Positions 1 to 9,164 of a stretch of 17,391 bases of DNA are shown here, piece after piece. Location of the stretch: positions 1 to 17,391 of the forward strand of contig JAAFKJ010000133.1 in assembly GCA_021399395.1 (NCBI GenBank), in the 5' to 3' direction. Numbering within the stretch: the stretch's first letter is position 1; each line of letters starts with the position of its first letter. Under the pieces are notes generated by a model, which was not told the origin of the DNA, did no database searches, and was given only the letters and a program-made list of their open reading frames with translations. This DNA is from Candidatus Heimdallarchaeota archaeon (GTDB lineage Archaea > Asgardarchaeota > Heimdallarchaeia > Heimdallarchaeales > Heimdallarchaeaceae). The translations under genes and the position numbers were made by a program.

Positions 1-813
1 AATAAGTATCTTAGAAATGTCATCATCTATCTAGTTCTTGGAGCTGGAATACTTGCAATTACTCCTATAGTAAAAGAATGGGCAACTCTGATTAAACCTG
101 AAGAAAGAAATTTCTTTTCTTGGTTTCTAAACACACTAGTGCTTGACTATGATGTAATTCTACCATATCTCTTTTCATCATTTATAGGATCTATATTAGG
201 TATGACCTTAGCAAGACCAAAGAATCCGAAAAAAATAGTAATGCGCGGTGGATTTAGTCTCATGATTCTTCTTTCTTTAATTAGTTTCCTTCTCATTTAT
301 TTCAAAGTTGCTAACAATCTTCCTGGTACTATTTTCTTAAAACCACCAGAAATCCCAACCTACCTAATTCTAACTGTTGGGCAGATTGGAGCTATGATAT
401 TGATGCTAAGATTAATAGAATTTAGAGGTAGGGGGGGTAGGTTTGCGAATAATTTCATTATCCGAAATTTTCGAATGTGGTCAATGGTTTCTTTATCTGT
501 CTTTATCCTCGATGCATTTGAGATATACCCAAGAGCATTATTAACTCTCATATTATGGAATACTACTGGTATAAATTTTTTGCAAACAAGCATCTTTACG
601 GGGACGATGGGATTATTGTGGGCAAGCTTATTAGGTCTATTCGTGCTTGTTTTTTACCAATGGGCTATTTGGTTGTGGAGTAAAGCTAAATTCAAATTTG
701 GTGCAGAATGGATTATGATAAAAATCCAAACTTTGCTAACAAAACAGAAATCTAAAAAACTTGATCCGAAAATCATGTTGAATGAGGTAGAATGGATAGA
801 TTTCAGTGACTAG
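1..813 (+). CDS. Polytopic membrane protein, 5'-truncated; C-terminus resembles DUF418/DUF1624-type membrane proteins
   Basis: Frame 1 is open from base 1 (NKYLRNVIIYLVLGAG...), so the 139 start is internal. Many hydrophobic helices. C-terminal W-x2-LW...FKFGAEW resembles the DUF418 'GPLEW' tail (family assignment is inference). Confidence 0.75.
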   Translation, partial: NKYLRNVIIYLVLGAGILAITPIVKEWATLIKPEERNFFSWFLNTLVLDYDVILPYLFSSFIGSILGMTLARPKNPKKIVMRGGFSLMILLSLISFLLIYFKVANNLPGTIFLKPPEIPTYLILTVGQIGAMILMLRLIEFRGRGGRFANNFIIRNFRMWSMVSLSVFILDAFEIYPRALLTLILWNTTGINFLQTSIFTGTMGLLWASLLGLFVLVFYQWAIWLWSKAKFKFGAEWIMIKIQTLLTKQKSKKLDPKIMLNEVEWIDFSD

Positions 814-953
814 TTCTCTCAAAACAAAATCTGCAGATTTGAGACTATATTTATTCAAACTTGCTTCAGACAAATTTTAAGTTCTAGAGAATGAACCTCA
901 AGGAGCAATATTCGCTCTAAAATTTCAAAAAATTGAGTTCTAAATTTTGAAGT

Positions 954-1211
954 TTATTCTGGCCATCTTCTTTGCTCTACTTCGTTTTCACATTTTCTAC
1001 AGACAGTCCTCTTAAATTCAGGATATCCGAATTTATCGACTCCATTGACAGCTTTAGTAGCTTGAGTACAAATATAATCAAAGTTGCATTGTTGACAATG
1101 AAAATAGAATGAGGATTTTTTCACTTTTGGAGAGATCATCTGTCTTGGACATGTAGCTGATTTTATTGCTTTTGAGCAGTCACATACTAGATGGTTGCCT
1201 ACGATAGTCAC
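954..1211 (-). CDS. Small Cys/His-rich putative zinc-binding protein (paralog of 15542..15865)
   Basis: GTG start. H7, C10-x-C12, C21, H38-C39-x2-C42, C48, C71-x2-C74. Ungapped hand alignment to 15542..15865 gives 33/85 identities. Confidence 0.85.
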   Translation of the reverse strand: MTIVGNHLVCDCSKAIKSATCPRQMISPKVKKSSFYFHCQQCNFDYICTQATKAVNGVDKFGYPEFKRTVCRKCENEVEQRRWPE

Positions 1212-1283
1212 AACCCTTCAAATAACCATGTTAATTTAAAATTTTACATATGTAAAAAAAGAAAGAAAAAAGTTGTATCTTTT

Positions 1284-1754
1284 CTAAGGTATCGCTACCA
1301 CAATAGGAGGAATTTCCATAGCTATGAAGTTCAGAGGAATTCCTATGTAAATAGGAGTAGCCAGAACTTCTACACTAAAGGTTATAGTTCCTCCACCAGC
1401 TATAGTAACGATATCATCATCTTCAAAGATTACTGTAAACTCAATCGTTTCATTAGCACCTAACGGGATTGTTACTTTTTGAGAATCATATAGAGTAGTA
1501 TTTCCGTTTTTGTATACTTCTATATCCAACCTAACTGATTTCGGCATGTAACCTAGTTTTGGAGTTACTACAACAGCTGATACAACTGCGGATTCATTAT
1601 TGCTTGCAACAACATAAGCTATGTCAGTAACGTCAAAACTATCAGGATTATCTGTATATCCTTTATAGCTTAGGTAGACATCTACACCTATGATGGCACC
1701 ACCTGCCAAAACGACAAATAGTATTGATAAAAATATGGCTGTACCTTTTCCCAT
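1284..1754 (-). CDS. Single-pass membrane-anchored beta-rich protein (Ig-like/LEA_2-like fold inferred)
   Basis: N-terminal TM (AIFLSILFVVLAGGAIIGV) followed by alternating beta-strand patterns. ATG at 1754 is preferred over 1778 because a TTTATA box lies about 25 nt upstream and the paralog starts at the equivalent position. Confidence 0.8.
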   Translation of the reverse strand: MGKGTAIFLSILFVVLAGGAIIGVDVYLSYKGYTDNPDSFDVTDIAYVVASNNESAVVSAVVVTPKLGYMPKSVRLDIEVYKNGNTTLYDSQKVTIPLGANETIEFTVIFEDDDIVTIAGGGTITFSVEVLATPIYIGIPLNFIAMEIPPIVVAIP

Positions 1755-1808
1755 GTAGTCTAATGGACAATCCAACAATATAAATATTTGCAGATTGCCA
1801 AAGATAGT

Positions 1809-2233
1809 CTATGAAGCAGATGAGATAGTAATTTCAAAATCAAAATACTGGACCAAGGATTGAATAGCAATACCTAAGTAAATCGGAACAGCTGTTATTT
1901 CAATCTCAAAGTATAGTTGCATCCCAAGTTGAATCTTCTGAATATCAAATTCAGTAAAGGATAATGAAAATTCCACTTCTTCCACTTCGCCAAGCCTAAG
2001 CTTAAAGATTATTGGATCACAATATTCTTCTGTATTTTGTAGAATTAGGATTTCCACTTCTGCTGACTTTGGTATATATCCAAGTTTAGGCGTTGTTACC
2101 TCTACAGTAACTACAGCTGATTTGATAGCTCCTCATAGTCTTGAAAACTCTGATAAACATCTATACCAATTATTGCTCCGCCTGTCAGGAGTAAACCAAA
2201 AATAACCAAAGTTATGATGATTGCTTTGTTCAT
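1809..2233 (-). pseudogene. Frameshifted tandem paralog of 1284..1754
   Basis: 5' part MNKAIIITLVIFGLLLTGGAIIGIDVYQSFQDY matches the neighbour's N-terminus and stops at 2111-2113. Another frame continues SAVVTVEVTTPKLGYIPKS...AVPIYLGI. Only 14 nt (2121-2134) stand where the paralog has 63 nt. Confidence 0.85.
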
Positions 2234-2358
2234 GCGCATTGAAACAAACCAATCCATTTAAGTTTTTACTAGAAAGCTAAGATAGCCAGATTAAATAAAA
2301 AAATCGTCAAGCAGAAGTTAGGTTGTCCGCGAAATTTTAAATAGTACTATAATGCATT

Positions 2359-3225
2359 TTGAAAGATATGGAACATAAGTTTGGAATCATTACTGATTCA
2401 GGGGCAGATTTTAGTTTAGATTACCAGAAAAAGCACAATTTAATTCTTATTCCAACTAGGATTATAGTTGATGGAGTTGAATATATCGATAGAGAAAATC
2501 TTTTCCGAGAAGATGTTATTGATATGATGAAAAATGATAAAGCAAAAACTTCAACTTCAGTTGCTCCTCCAATCGAATTTCACAACATCATTAGTGATTC
2601 TTTAGAGAAATATGAAGATGTTTTGTTTCTTTCTATAAGCTCCAAGATGTCTGCTACTCTGCAAAATGCTCTGCTCACAGCGAAGAGACTAAAAACAGAT
2701 AATTTCACAGCTATTGATTCCGAATCTGCTTCTTGGGGTATGTCCTTACTTCTAGACCATGCTATAATGATGAGAAATCAAGGTGCTACAATCAAGGAAA
2801 CTGTAGATGATATTAATTTCATGAAAAAGAATCTCGAACTCTACTTCATGGTTGATACTTTAGAGTATTTACGAAGAGGTGGAAGGATTGGAGCAGCTAA
2901 GAGTTTTTTGGGAAAATTAATAGGTGCAAAACCAATCCTAACTGTTAAAGATGGGGAGATTTCTCCTGTTGAAACTGTGAAGAGTTTTAAAGAAGCATTA
3001 GAGTTTTTCTACCATATTCTTGAACAAAAATCCAAAGAATATAAGAACTATTCAATTGCCATCATTTATGGTATAGGATCTCCAGAATTCAAAGAATTTG
3101 CAGCTCAGATAAAACATGATTTCAAACCTAACAAGTTCTTCTATGAACCAATTGGTGCAAATATCATTAGTCATGCAGGTCCTGAAGTCTTTGGATTTGG
3201 TATAATTAAGTTGCCTGAGAAATAG
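2359..3225 (+). CDS. degV: DegV family fatty-acid-binding protein
   Basis: Motifs IITDSGAD, TSTS, SISSKMSAT, IDSESAS, YLRRGGRIG, KPIL, HAGP. Start may be the ATG at 2368. Confidence 0.95.
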   Translation: MKDMEHKFGIITDSGADFSLDYQKKHNLILIPTRIIVDGVEYIDRENLFREDVIDMMKNDKAKTSTSVAPPIEFHNIISDSLEKYEDVLFLSISSKMSATLQNALLTAKRLKTDNFTAIDSESASWGMSLLLDHAIMMRNQGATIKETVDDINFMKKNLELYFMVDTLEYLRRGGRIGAAKSFLGKLIGAKPILTVKDGEISPVETVKSFKEALEFFYHILEQKSKEYKNYSIAIIYGIGSPEFKEFAAQIKHDFKPNKFFYEPIGANIISHAGPEVFGFGIIKLPEK

Positions 3226-3318
3226 AAAAAGAAGCAAATGGTTTAGAGATTTAAGTTCTTAGAACTATTTTTTGAAATATGCGAACTTCTTAAAAATTCC
3301 AAATTTTATTTAATCAAG

Positions 3319-3873
3319 ATGACTGAAAAAGTATCTAAATCAGAATCGTCTATCATTCTTCCTAATTTAAGGACAGAAAAAATCCTAAGTTTAGTTCTGG
3401 AAGAGCTTGAATCAACTAAAGGAATCGCTAGAGATCAACCTTTCAGTTGGAGTTTGACTCACGCAATTTCATGTTCCCAAATAAGCAAAATCTTAGCAGC
3501 ATCTAGAGGATTAGATATAGAAATTGCCGCAATAACTGGAGCTATACACGACTTAGCGATTATAAGAACAGGGAAATTTGAGAATCATGGACCTCTAGGA
3601 GCACCCATGGTAATAGAGTTTTTACATGGATATAATTCAAACTTTGGAAAGGAATTTGGAATAGTATCGCAAGAAGAAGTTGATGTGATTGCTCAAGCTA
3701 CTCAAAATCACACTTACAAGACTGATTTCACTGATAATGAGTTTGATGAATTGATAAAAGATGCTGATTCATTGGATAGGTTTTTGCATGGTAAGAAAAC
3801 TTTCGATTTCTATTTTACTCGAAGTGAAAAAGCTCTCAAAGATATTGGTTTAAAAATAAAAGATATTTTATGA
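3319..3873 (+). CDS. HD-domain metal-dependent phosphohydrolase
   Basis: H...HD...H...H...D pattern: THA, AIHDL, NHG, NHT, DADSLD. Confidence 0.9.
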   Translation: MTEKVSKSESSIILPNLRTEKILSLVLEELESTKGIARDQPFSWSLTHAISCSQISKILAASRGLDIEIAAITGAIHDLAIIRTGKFENHGPLGAPMVIEFLHGYNSNFGKEFGIVSQEEVDVIAQATQNHTYKTDFTDNEFDELIKDADSLDRFLHGKKTFDFYFTRSEKALKDIGLKIKDIL

Positions 3874-3877
3874 ACAA

Positions 3878-3953
3878 ATAACTTCATAAGCTTTTTAAAA
3901 GACCAGCGAGTTTCATGCCCCATTCACGCGTAGAAAGCAGTTTTATGAGTTAT
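3878..3953 (+). repeat. Long imperfect inverted repeat/hairpin between convergent genes
   Basis: ATAACTTCATAAGCTTTTTA (3878-3897) pairs with TAGAAAGCAGTTTTATGAGTTAT (3931-3953), about 19 bp with two bulges. Confidence 0.55.
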
Positions 3954-3992
3954 AGAGTGAATATTGTTAGAAAAACGATTATTAGTCCCTTT

Positions 3993-4811
3993 CTAGCTCT
4001 TTTTTTCGTAGAATTTCAGTGGAACATTTTCTTGTACATTCATTCCTACATCCTCAAAGACTAATTCTTCCGTTTCCGTGCCAATACTGATTCCTCGATC
4101 TTTCGTAAGAGTCCATACGATGAATAAGAATGGAGTACCCGAATTAAATTCTATCAGACTGTTGAACAATAGAACATTCACTAGATCTTCAGCAGGTCTA
4201 ATTCCTGCTGATAGTAAGGAGATTTCCATACCAAAGTGAACTACTACTCCTATTAGTATCAGAAAACCGATTTGTTTCCATGTTACTGATTTGAAAGGTT
4301 TCCAAACATACTTGAAAAGAATGATTGCTGCGAATCCACCAAGTGCCATACCTATTTGTAACCATCTTCCTCCTTCCATTAAACGAGTAATAAATATAGT
4401 ATTGTCAGGTAAAGGTAGAACTTTTGGGAAGAAGGCAACAAAGAACCATCCTATGTAAAGAAACATAGTCCAGTACATTTTTTTTCTCCAGTGTTTTGCG
4501 CTAAACATAACTGCAACATAACTGAACTCTATCATTCCATATGTAAATGAGAAGTAAACTAAAAACAACAAAGGTCCCCAAGTATCTCCTAGATTCACAA
4601 AGAAATCTGGTAAAGAATAAATTTGTCTAGTACCTTTGATCGTATACCAGAGAACGTAATCAAACAAGAATACGACTACTGCTCCAAAAAGACCTATTAA
4701 CCATTGTAGAATGTATTTTTTCCTTATTAGAAAAGCCATCCATAGGATACAAAAGATAATATCAAGAATAATAAATTCAGCACCGAAGGTTCTAGACACT
4801 TCATGGACCAT
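3993..4811 (-). CDS. Integral membrane protein (about 7 TM) with internal duplication
   Basis: Hydrophobic segments throughout. The two halves share G-x-VV-x-F-x2-[DE]...G-x-R...IEF. Confidence 0.85.
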   Translation of the reverse strand: MVHEVSRTFGAEFIILDIIFCILWMAFLIRKKYILQWLIGLFGAVVVFLFDYVLWYTIKGTRQIYSLPDFFVNLGDTWGPLLFLVYFSFTYGMIEFSYVAVMFSAKHWRKKMYWTMFLYIGWFFVAFFPKVLPLPDNTIFITRLMEGGRWLQIGMALGGFAAIILFKYVWKPFKSVTWKQIGFLILIGVVVHFGMEISLLSAGIRPAEDLVNVLLFNSLIEFNSGTPFLFIVWTLTKDRGISIGTETEELVFEDVGMNVQENVPLKFYEKKS

Positions 4812-4852
4812 GGTTTTTGAAACTAGTAGTTTATCTTAAAGTTTTTGCAGCT

Positions 4853-5659
4853 TTAAATGAATTTTTTGATGAAATAATCTGCCCATGATTCTGGGAAGAA
4901 TTCTAGCAATTTTCTTTGTTTGTTATTTTTAACTCTATACCTTCTTCTTGGGTTTCGTTTATGAATCGCCTTGAAAACCTTCTTAGCTACATATTTCGGA
5001 TCTGCATATCTTTCTTTTCCAAGAACTTTCCACACCCTCGACATCTCAGTTTCGAACTCAGAATCTTTCAGATATTTCTGATAGCTTTCTACTGTTTTTT
5101 CAGGGAGACTGGTATCGATTGCACCTGGTTGAATAGCTATTACTTTCATATCTAAGAACATAAACTCTCTTCTTAATGAATCAGTGAAAGCTTCAACAGA
5201 ATACTTTGTCATAGAATATGGACCATTGAATGGAAAAGCAATTCTTCCCACTTCAGAACTCATATTAACAACTCGCCCTTTTCGAGCTTTAAGTAAAGGG
5301 AAAAATGCTTTAGTTACACGAACATAACCCAACACATTTACATCAAAGATTTTCTCGAAATCTACTAGTTCCACCTCAACTAGAGGACCACCAATAAATA
5401 GTCCAGCGTTGTTAACAAGACAGTCAACTCCTTCAGTGATACCTTTCACAACTTCTACAGCTTCTTCTATATTCTTAGGATCCGTTACATCCATTACTAC
5501 AGTGTGAATTTTTTGATCGCAGTCAAACTTAGCTAATCCTTCCTCATCACAGTCCGATGCTATTACTATATCTCCTTTACTTGCCAGGTATTCAGTTATT
5601 GCTTGCCCTATACCATGTGCAGCTCCTGTAACTAATACAACTTTAGAACTATTTTTCAT
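4853..5659 (-). CDS. Classical short-chain dehydrogenase/reductase (RDH/17beta-HSD-like)
   Basis: TGAAHGIG, NNAG, catalytic Ser (MSS), YSMTK (YxxxK), QPG, C-terminal PRRRY. Confidence 0.95.
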   Translation of the reverse strand: MKNSSKVVLVTGAAHGIGQAITEYLASKGDIVIASDCDEEGLAKFDCDQKIHTVVMDVTDPKNIEEAVEVVKGITEGVDCLVNNAGLFIGGPLVEVELVDFEKIFDVNVLGYVRVTKAFFPLLKARKGRVVNMSSEVGRIAFPFNGPYSMTKYSVEAFTDSLRREFMFLDMKVIAIQPGAIDTSLPEKTVESYQKYLKDSEFETEMSRVWKVLGKERYADPKYVAKKVFKAIHKRNPRRRYRVKNNKQRKLLEFFPESWADYFIKKFI

Positions 5660-5662
5660 GCA

Positions 5663-5682
5663 AATCAGTAAAATTACTGATT
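5663..5682. promoter_or_regulatory. Perfect 9-bp inverted repeat (candidate operator) just upstream of the SDR start
   Basis: AATCAGTAA-AA-TTACTGATT lies between a TTATAA box (about 5693-5698) and the ATG at 5659. Confidence 0.5.
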
Positions 5683-5714
5683 GATGACTTAGTTATAAAA
5701 TTAATGGAAAAATG

Positions 5715-7700
5715 TTAGCTTTCTAATTCTTGAATCCAAACCTTCATGGATGATTTTCCTTTGTTTCCCCAGGAATAATATGGTCTTGCAACCATCTCAC
5801 GGTTCCTATCAGTAGTTAGTTTTAGTTTCTTCATTCCTTCATCTTCGAATAGAACTGGACTTACTTTGAGATCTATATTCTCATTTTTGAAATCTATGTC
5901 AAGATTATCTTTATCTTCAAAACAGTAAACTAACGGACCTCTTGAGAGTGCAACTTTATTCTTATTGCTCCTCACTTTTCTATGAGATTTAAGAATCTTA
6001 ACTTCCATTGGGAAGTTTACTTCAATAACATTTCTCTCCTTCCATTTCTCTTTCAAGCAAACATAGTAAGAATCAAATGTACTTAGACCAGAAGCAGTAT
6101 TCACACTTTCTGTATCTAAAATTATGTTTTCTAATTTTCTACCATTGACAATTATTTCAGGATCAGAAGTCCAACTAGGAATTCGAATATTCACGTAAAA
6201 ATCTGATTTTTCTTTACAAGCTAAATTGATTTTTATTTTATTCCCCCAAGGTAATTCACTTTCCATACCAATCTCTAACACTGATTCTTTATTCTCATTT
6301 AGGGGAATCTGTGTTTTACTACCTATGAATTGGTGGATCCAAAGATTTTTCTCATCAAAACTATAGATATATTTAGCTAGATTTGCTAATGTTCGGGAGA
6401 TATTTGAGGGACAACAAGCCGTCTTATACCAATCTTTCCTTTCAAATGTTTTTTCAACATCTAGAGGATTTCTGTAGAAGTAAGATTTACCATCTGAGGA
6501 CATACCAACAAGTACAGCGTTATACAATTGCCACTCAAGTAATTCTGAATATTTTGCATCACCTGTTGATAGAAGCATTTCCCAATTCCAAAAAACAGTA
6601 CTAATTGCTGCACAAGTTTCATTATAGGCAAATTTGTTGTTTAATTCATAATCTCTTCCAAAACCTTCAGAGAGTGGAAGAGAGCCGATTCCCCCAGTGA
6701 CATACATTTTTTTCTGTACCATATTGTTCCAAGCTTTTTGAAGAGATCTTAGCAGTTTTTTGTCCCCAGTTTCCTGATAAATCATTGTTGCTGCTGTAAC
6801 TAGATATCCCCATCTTACACAATGACCTATAGGTTTCTTTTGTCTTCTAATTGGTTTATTTTGCTGTAAATATCTTCCTGTAAATGCAGATAGATAGAAT
6901 CTTAATAGTTGTCTTTTTGATCCAAATTGTGGCCACTCACTCATTAAAGATTCATTAGTTACACTTGTACCATAATATGTTTCTTTCTGCATATTTGCCT
7001 CTTCAGTTCTCTTATGATGTGAGAGATTCTCCTTAAGAATCTGGTAACCAAAGAATAAGAATTTCCCTCTTACATTAACAAAACGCTTAGCAAGTGCTAA
7101 ATATTTTTCTTCTTTTGTAAATCTATAAAGTTTAATTAGTGCAATCTCAATTTCAGGATGACCTGGAGTGAATTCTGGAGATGTATTGCAGAATTCTTTA
7201 ACAAGTAAGTCAGCAGCTTTTGTACCTAATTTAAGATAGCTCTCTGACTTCGTTATTTTGTAAGCTATTATTGATGCTTCAATTAGATGACCAAGGATGT
7301 AAAGCTCATGTTCGATTTGATGATTGATCCACCTCTCTTTCGGAAAATGGATTTGATTATATGTGAAAATATAACCATCCTGTTTTTGAGCTGAAATTAA
7401 TAGATCTAAATATTTAGTAAGAATTGCATGAAGTTTTTTGTTTTCTTGAGACTGAAGTATTGTGGCAGCTGCTTCAGCCCATTTATGGGCATCTGAGTCT
7501 ACATAAAAGTAACCTTCTCGAAACTTATCTATCTCCCTACTAACTATTCTGAAATTATCTATAGTTCCTGATTCTTCAAGTTTTTCCCATTGATGAAATA
7601 TCGCTGATTCTGAATTTATTTTCATCCTCTCAGACCAAAATTCATCATCAACACTTATTTGAGTAATTGGTATTTCACTAGAAACCTGATAAGAATTCAC
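5715..7700 (-). CDS. Glycoside hydrolase family 127 (beta-L-arabinofuranosidase-like)
   Basis: DSDAHKW, HELY, GHPEIE, GHCVR, MYVTGGIG, SEGF, YNETCAA, ACCPSN (Zn ligands and Cys nucleophile), IRIPSW, RGPLVYC, PYYSWGN. Confidence 0.95.
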   Translation of the reverse strand: MNSYQVSSEIPITQISVDDEFWSERMKINSESAIFHQWEKLEESGTIDNFRIVSREIDKFREGYFYVDSDAHKWAEAAATILQSQENKKLHAILTKYLDLLISAQKQDGYIFTYNQIHFPKERWINHQIEHELYILGHLIEASIIAYKITKSESYLKLGTKAADLLVKEFCNTSPEFTPGHPEIEIALIKLYRFTKEEKYLALAKRFVNVRGKFLFFGYQILKENLSHHKRTEEANMQKETYYGTSVTNESLMSEWPQFGSKRQLLRFYLSAFTGRYLQQNKPIRRQKKPIGHCVRWGYLVTAATMIYQETGDKKLLRSLQKAWNNMVQKKMYVTGGIGSLPLSEGFGRDYELNNKFAYNETCAAISTVFWNWEMLLSTGDAKYSELLEWQLYNAVLVGMSSDGKSYFYRNPLDVEKTFERKDWYKTACCPSNISRTLANLAKYIYSFDEKNLWIHQFIGSKTQIPLNENKESVLEIGMESELPWGNKIKINLACKEKSDFYVNIRIPSWTSDPEIIVNGRKLENIILDTESVNTASGLSTFDSYYVCLKEKWKERNVIEVNFPMEVKILKSHRKVRSNKNKVALSRGPLVYCFEDKDNLDIDFKNENIDLKVSPVLFEDEGMKKLKLTTDRNREMVARPYYSWGNKGKSSMKVWIQELES

Positions 7701-7759
7701 GAGAAACTAAATTTGTATAGCTATAAGAAATTTGTGAGAAAAGAAGTAGAAAAATGAAG

Positions 7760-8869
7760 TTACTTCTTTTTCTTCTTCATAAATCTTGGATCAATTTCAT
7801 CTCTTTGTGAAGCATCTTGATAATTCTCTTTTGCTTGTTCCTTTGCTTCTTCCATGGTTTCATCAGAATGACATTTCCATCTGAGATGTGTACTTGCAGG
7901 TTTTCCGCACCAAGGACAGAATAAGTCATCCAACGCATCTAAGATTCTATTATGAGCAGCAAGATTCCTTCGATGTTTTCCCCTTTCTTCAATAATGGGT
8001 TTAGTTAATATTTCAGCTTGTTTTTTCTTGCCTACAGAAACTGCTCTCTTAACTGTATCAATTTCGTCTCTGGGTATCTCAATACTAAATCCCTCAGTTG
8101 AATCTCCAACTATTTCTACTGGAATACCCTCAGTCAGTAGTGCATCTTGCTCATCTTGAGGTACTTTCTTGATCTGGGATACAAATTTGCTTGCTTCATC
8201 TTTACCCATATCCTGTTCAACAATTTTGGTATAGGTACTTCTCTGTAACTCTGGATCTTGAATAGTTGATAATCGAGATAAAACTCGCTCTGGAATCCTC
8301 TCATCTATAGGTTTAGCTAATTCTTCTTTAATGATATCAGGTGCTACTGAAGCTGCTTCAAGCCATAATCGTAAGGTATTTGGTTTGATGAATGTTCTTT
8401 GACAAATTTCATCTATCTTATCTTCTGTAGGAATAAGGGAAAGGTTTCTAGATTTCTTTCTCTGAATACTATTGATTATATTTGCAAGACTTTTTGGTGT
8501 TTGAACGATACCTTCACTTCTAAATATTTCCATTACGCCTCTACCCTTTTCAATCATGTAGAGATCCTTTCTATGGATATTTTCAATAAGTGATTCAATT
8601 CTTTGACGAGATTCACTTACCTCTTTTACAATTGCATATATTTTTTTCATTTTAGCAAACTGAGCTGCTCGCCAACGACGTTCACCTGCAATAATCTGAT
8701 AAGTATCGTCACCTGTCTTTCTAACTAATATAGGGTTTAAGAGATCATACTCCTTTATTGATGCCGCCAATTCTTCTATAGCGTCTTTATCAAACGTTTC
8801 TCTAGGTTGAAAAGGACTTGGAGCTATTTTCTCTACAGGAAGTTCTACAATTTCCATTCTATTCACCAC
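7760..8869 (-). CDS. parB: ParB/RepB/Spo0J family protein with C-terminal Cys/His motif
   Basis: PFQPR, LAASIKEYDLLNPILVR, IIAGERRWRAA and ENIHRKDL are the conserved ParB N-terminal (CTPase) boxes. C-terminal CPWC-x5-H-x3-C-H and a KKKKK tail. Confidence 0.9.
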   Translation of the reverse strand: MVNRMEIVELPVEKIAPSPFQPRETFDKDAIEELAASIKEYDLLNPILVRKTGDDTYQIIAGERRWRAAQFAKMKKIYAIVKEVSESRQRIESLIENIHRKDLYMIEKGRGVMEIFRSEGIVQTPKSLANIINSIQRKKSRNLSLIPTEDKIDEICQRTFIKPNTLRLWLEAASVAPDIIKEELAKPIDERIPERVLSRLSTIQDPELQRSTYTKIVEQDMGKDEASKFVSQIKKVPQDEQDALLTEGIPVEIVGDSTEGFSIEIPRDEIDTVKRAVSVGKKKQAEILTKPIIEERGKHRRNLAAHNRILDALDDLFCPWCGKPASTHLRWKCHSDETMEEAKEQAKENYQDASQRDEIDPRFMKKKKK

Positions 8870-9092
8870 TTTCTTTTATTAATTCAAATGCAATATCTTT
8901 CCATGGATATTGCTCTATAACCCAATTATCTCCCTCAGTGTTAACGCTGAGTAATTTGGTTTTTTCTCCGTTTCCAGATTTTACTACCTTCTTCATCTGG
9001 GTAATTGCTTCAAGACGTGTTGTGAAAAGCCATTTATCTTCTCCAGCGTCTAAAACAAAAAATTGATTGTTATCTAATTTCAAAGTTTTCAC
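8859..9092 (-). CDS. Small hypothetical protein overlapping parB
   Basis: 77 aa, GTG start, overlaps the parB start by 11 nt, protein-like beta/alpha pattern. Confidence 0.75.
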   Translation of the reverse strand: MKTLKLDNNQFFVLDAGEDKWLFTTRLEAITQMKKVVKSGNGEKTKLLSVNTEGDNWVIEQYPWKDIAFELIKESGE

Positions 9093-9145
9093 CTATTTTT
9101 GTCTCTAAAGCAGTTCTAAAGCCTTTTAACATATATATTTTCATG

Positions 9146-9164
9146 AATCACTTAAAAAGTGATT
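9146..9164. promoter_or_regulatory. Perfect 8-bp inverted repeat upstream of the parB operon
   Basis: AATCACTT-AAA-AAGTGATT next to an AT-only TATA-like stretch (about 9131-9140). Confidence 0.5.

Noticed and set aside
827-840. Perfect palindrome AAATCTGCAGATTT
   Set aside because: Single copy between convergent genes with no supporting context.
3871-3933. Selenocysteine readthrough of the HD gene's TGA using the downstream hairpin
   Set aside because: The HD domain is already complete, the extension is short and featureless, and the hairpin lacks a SECIS core.
7760-9092. Integrated plasmid or provirus
   Set aside because: No integrase, Rep, att sites or evident compositional shift.
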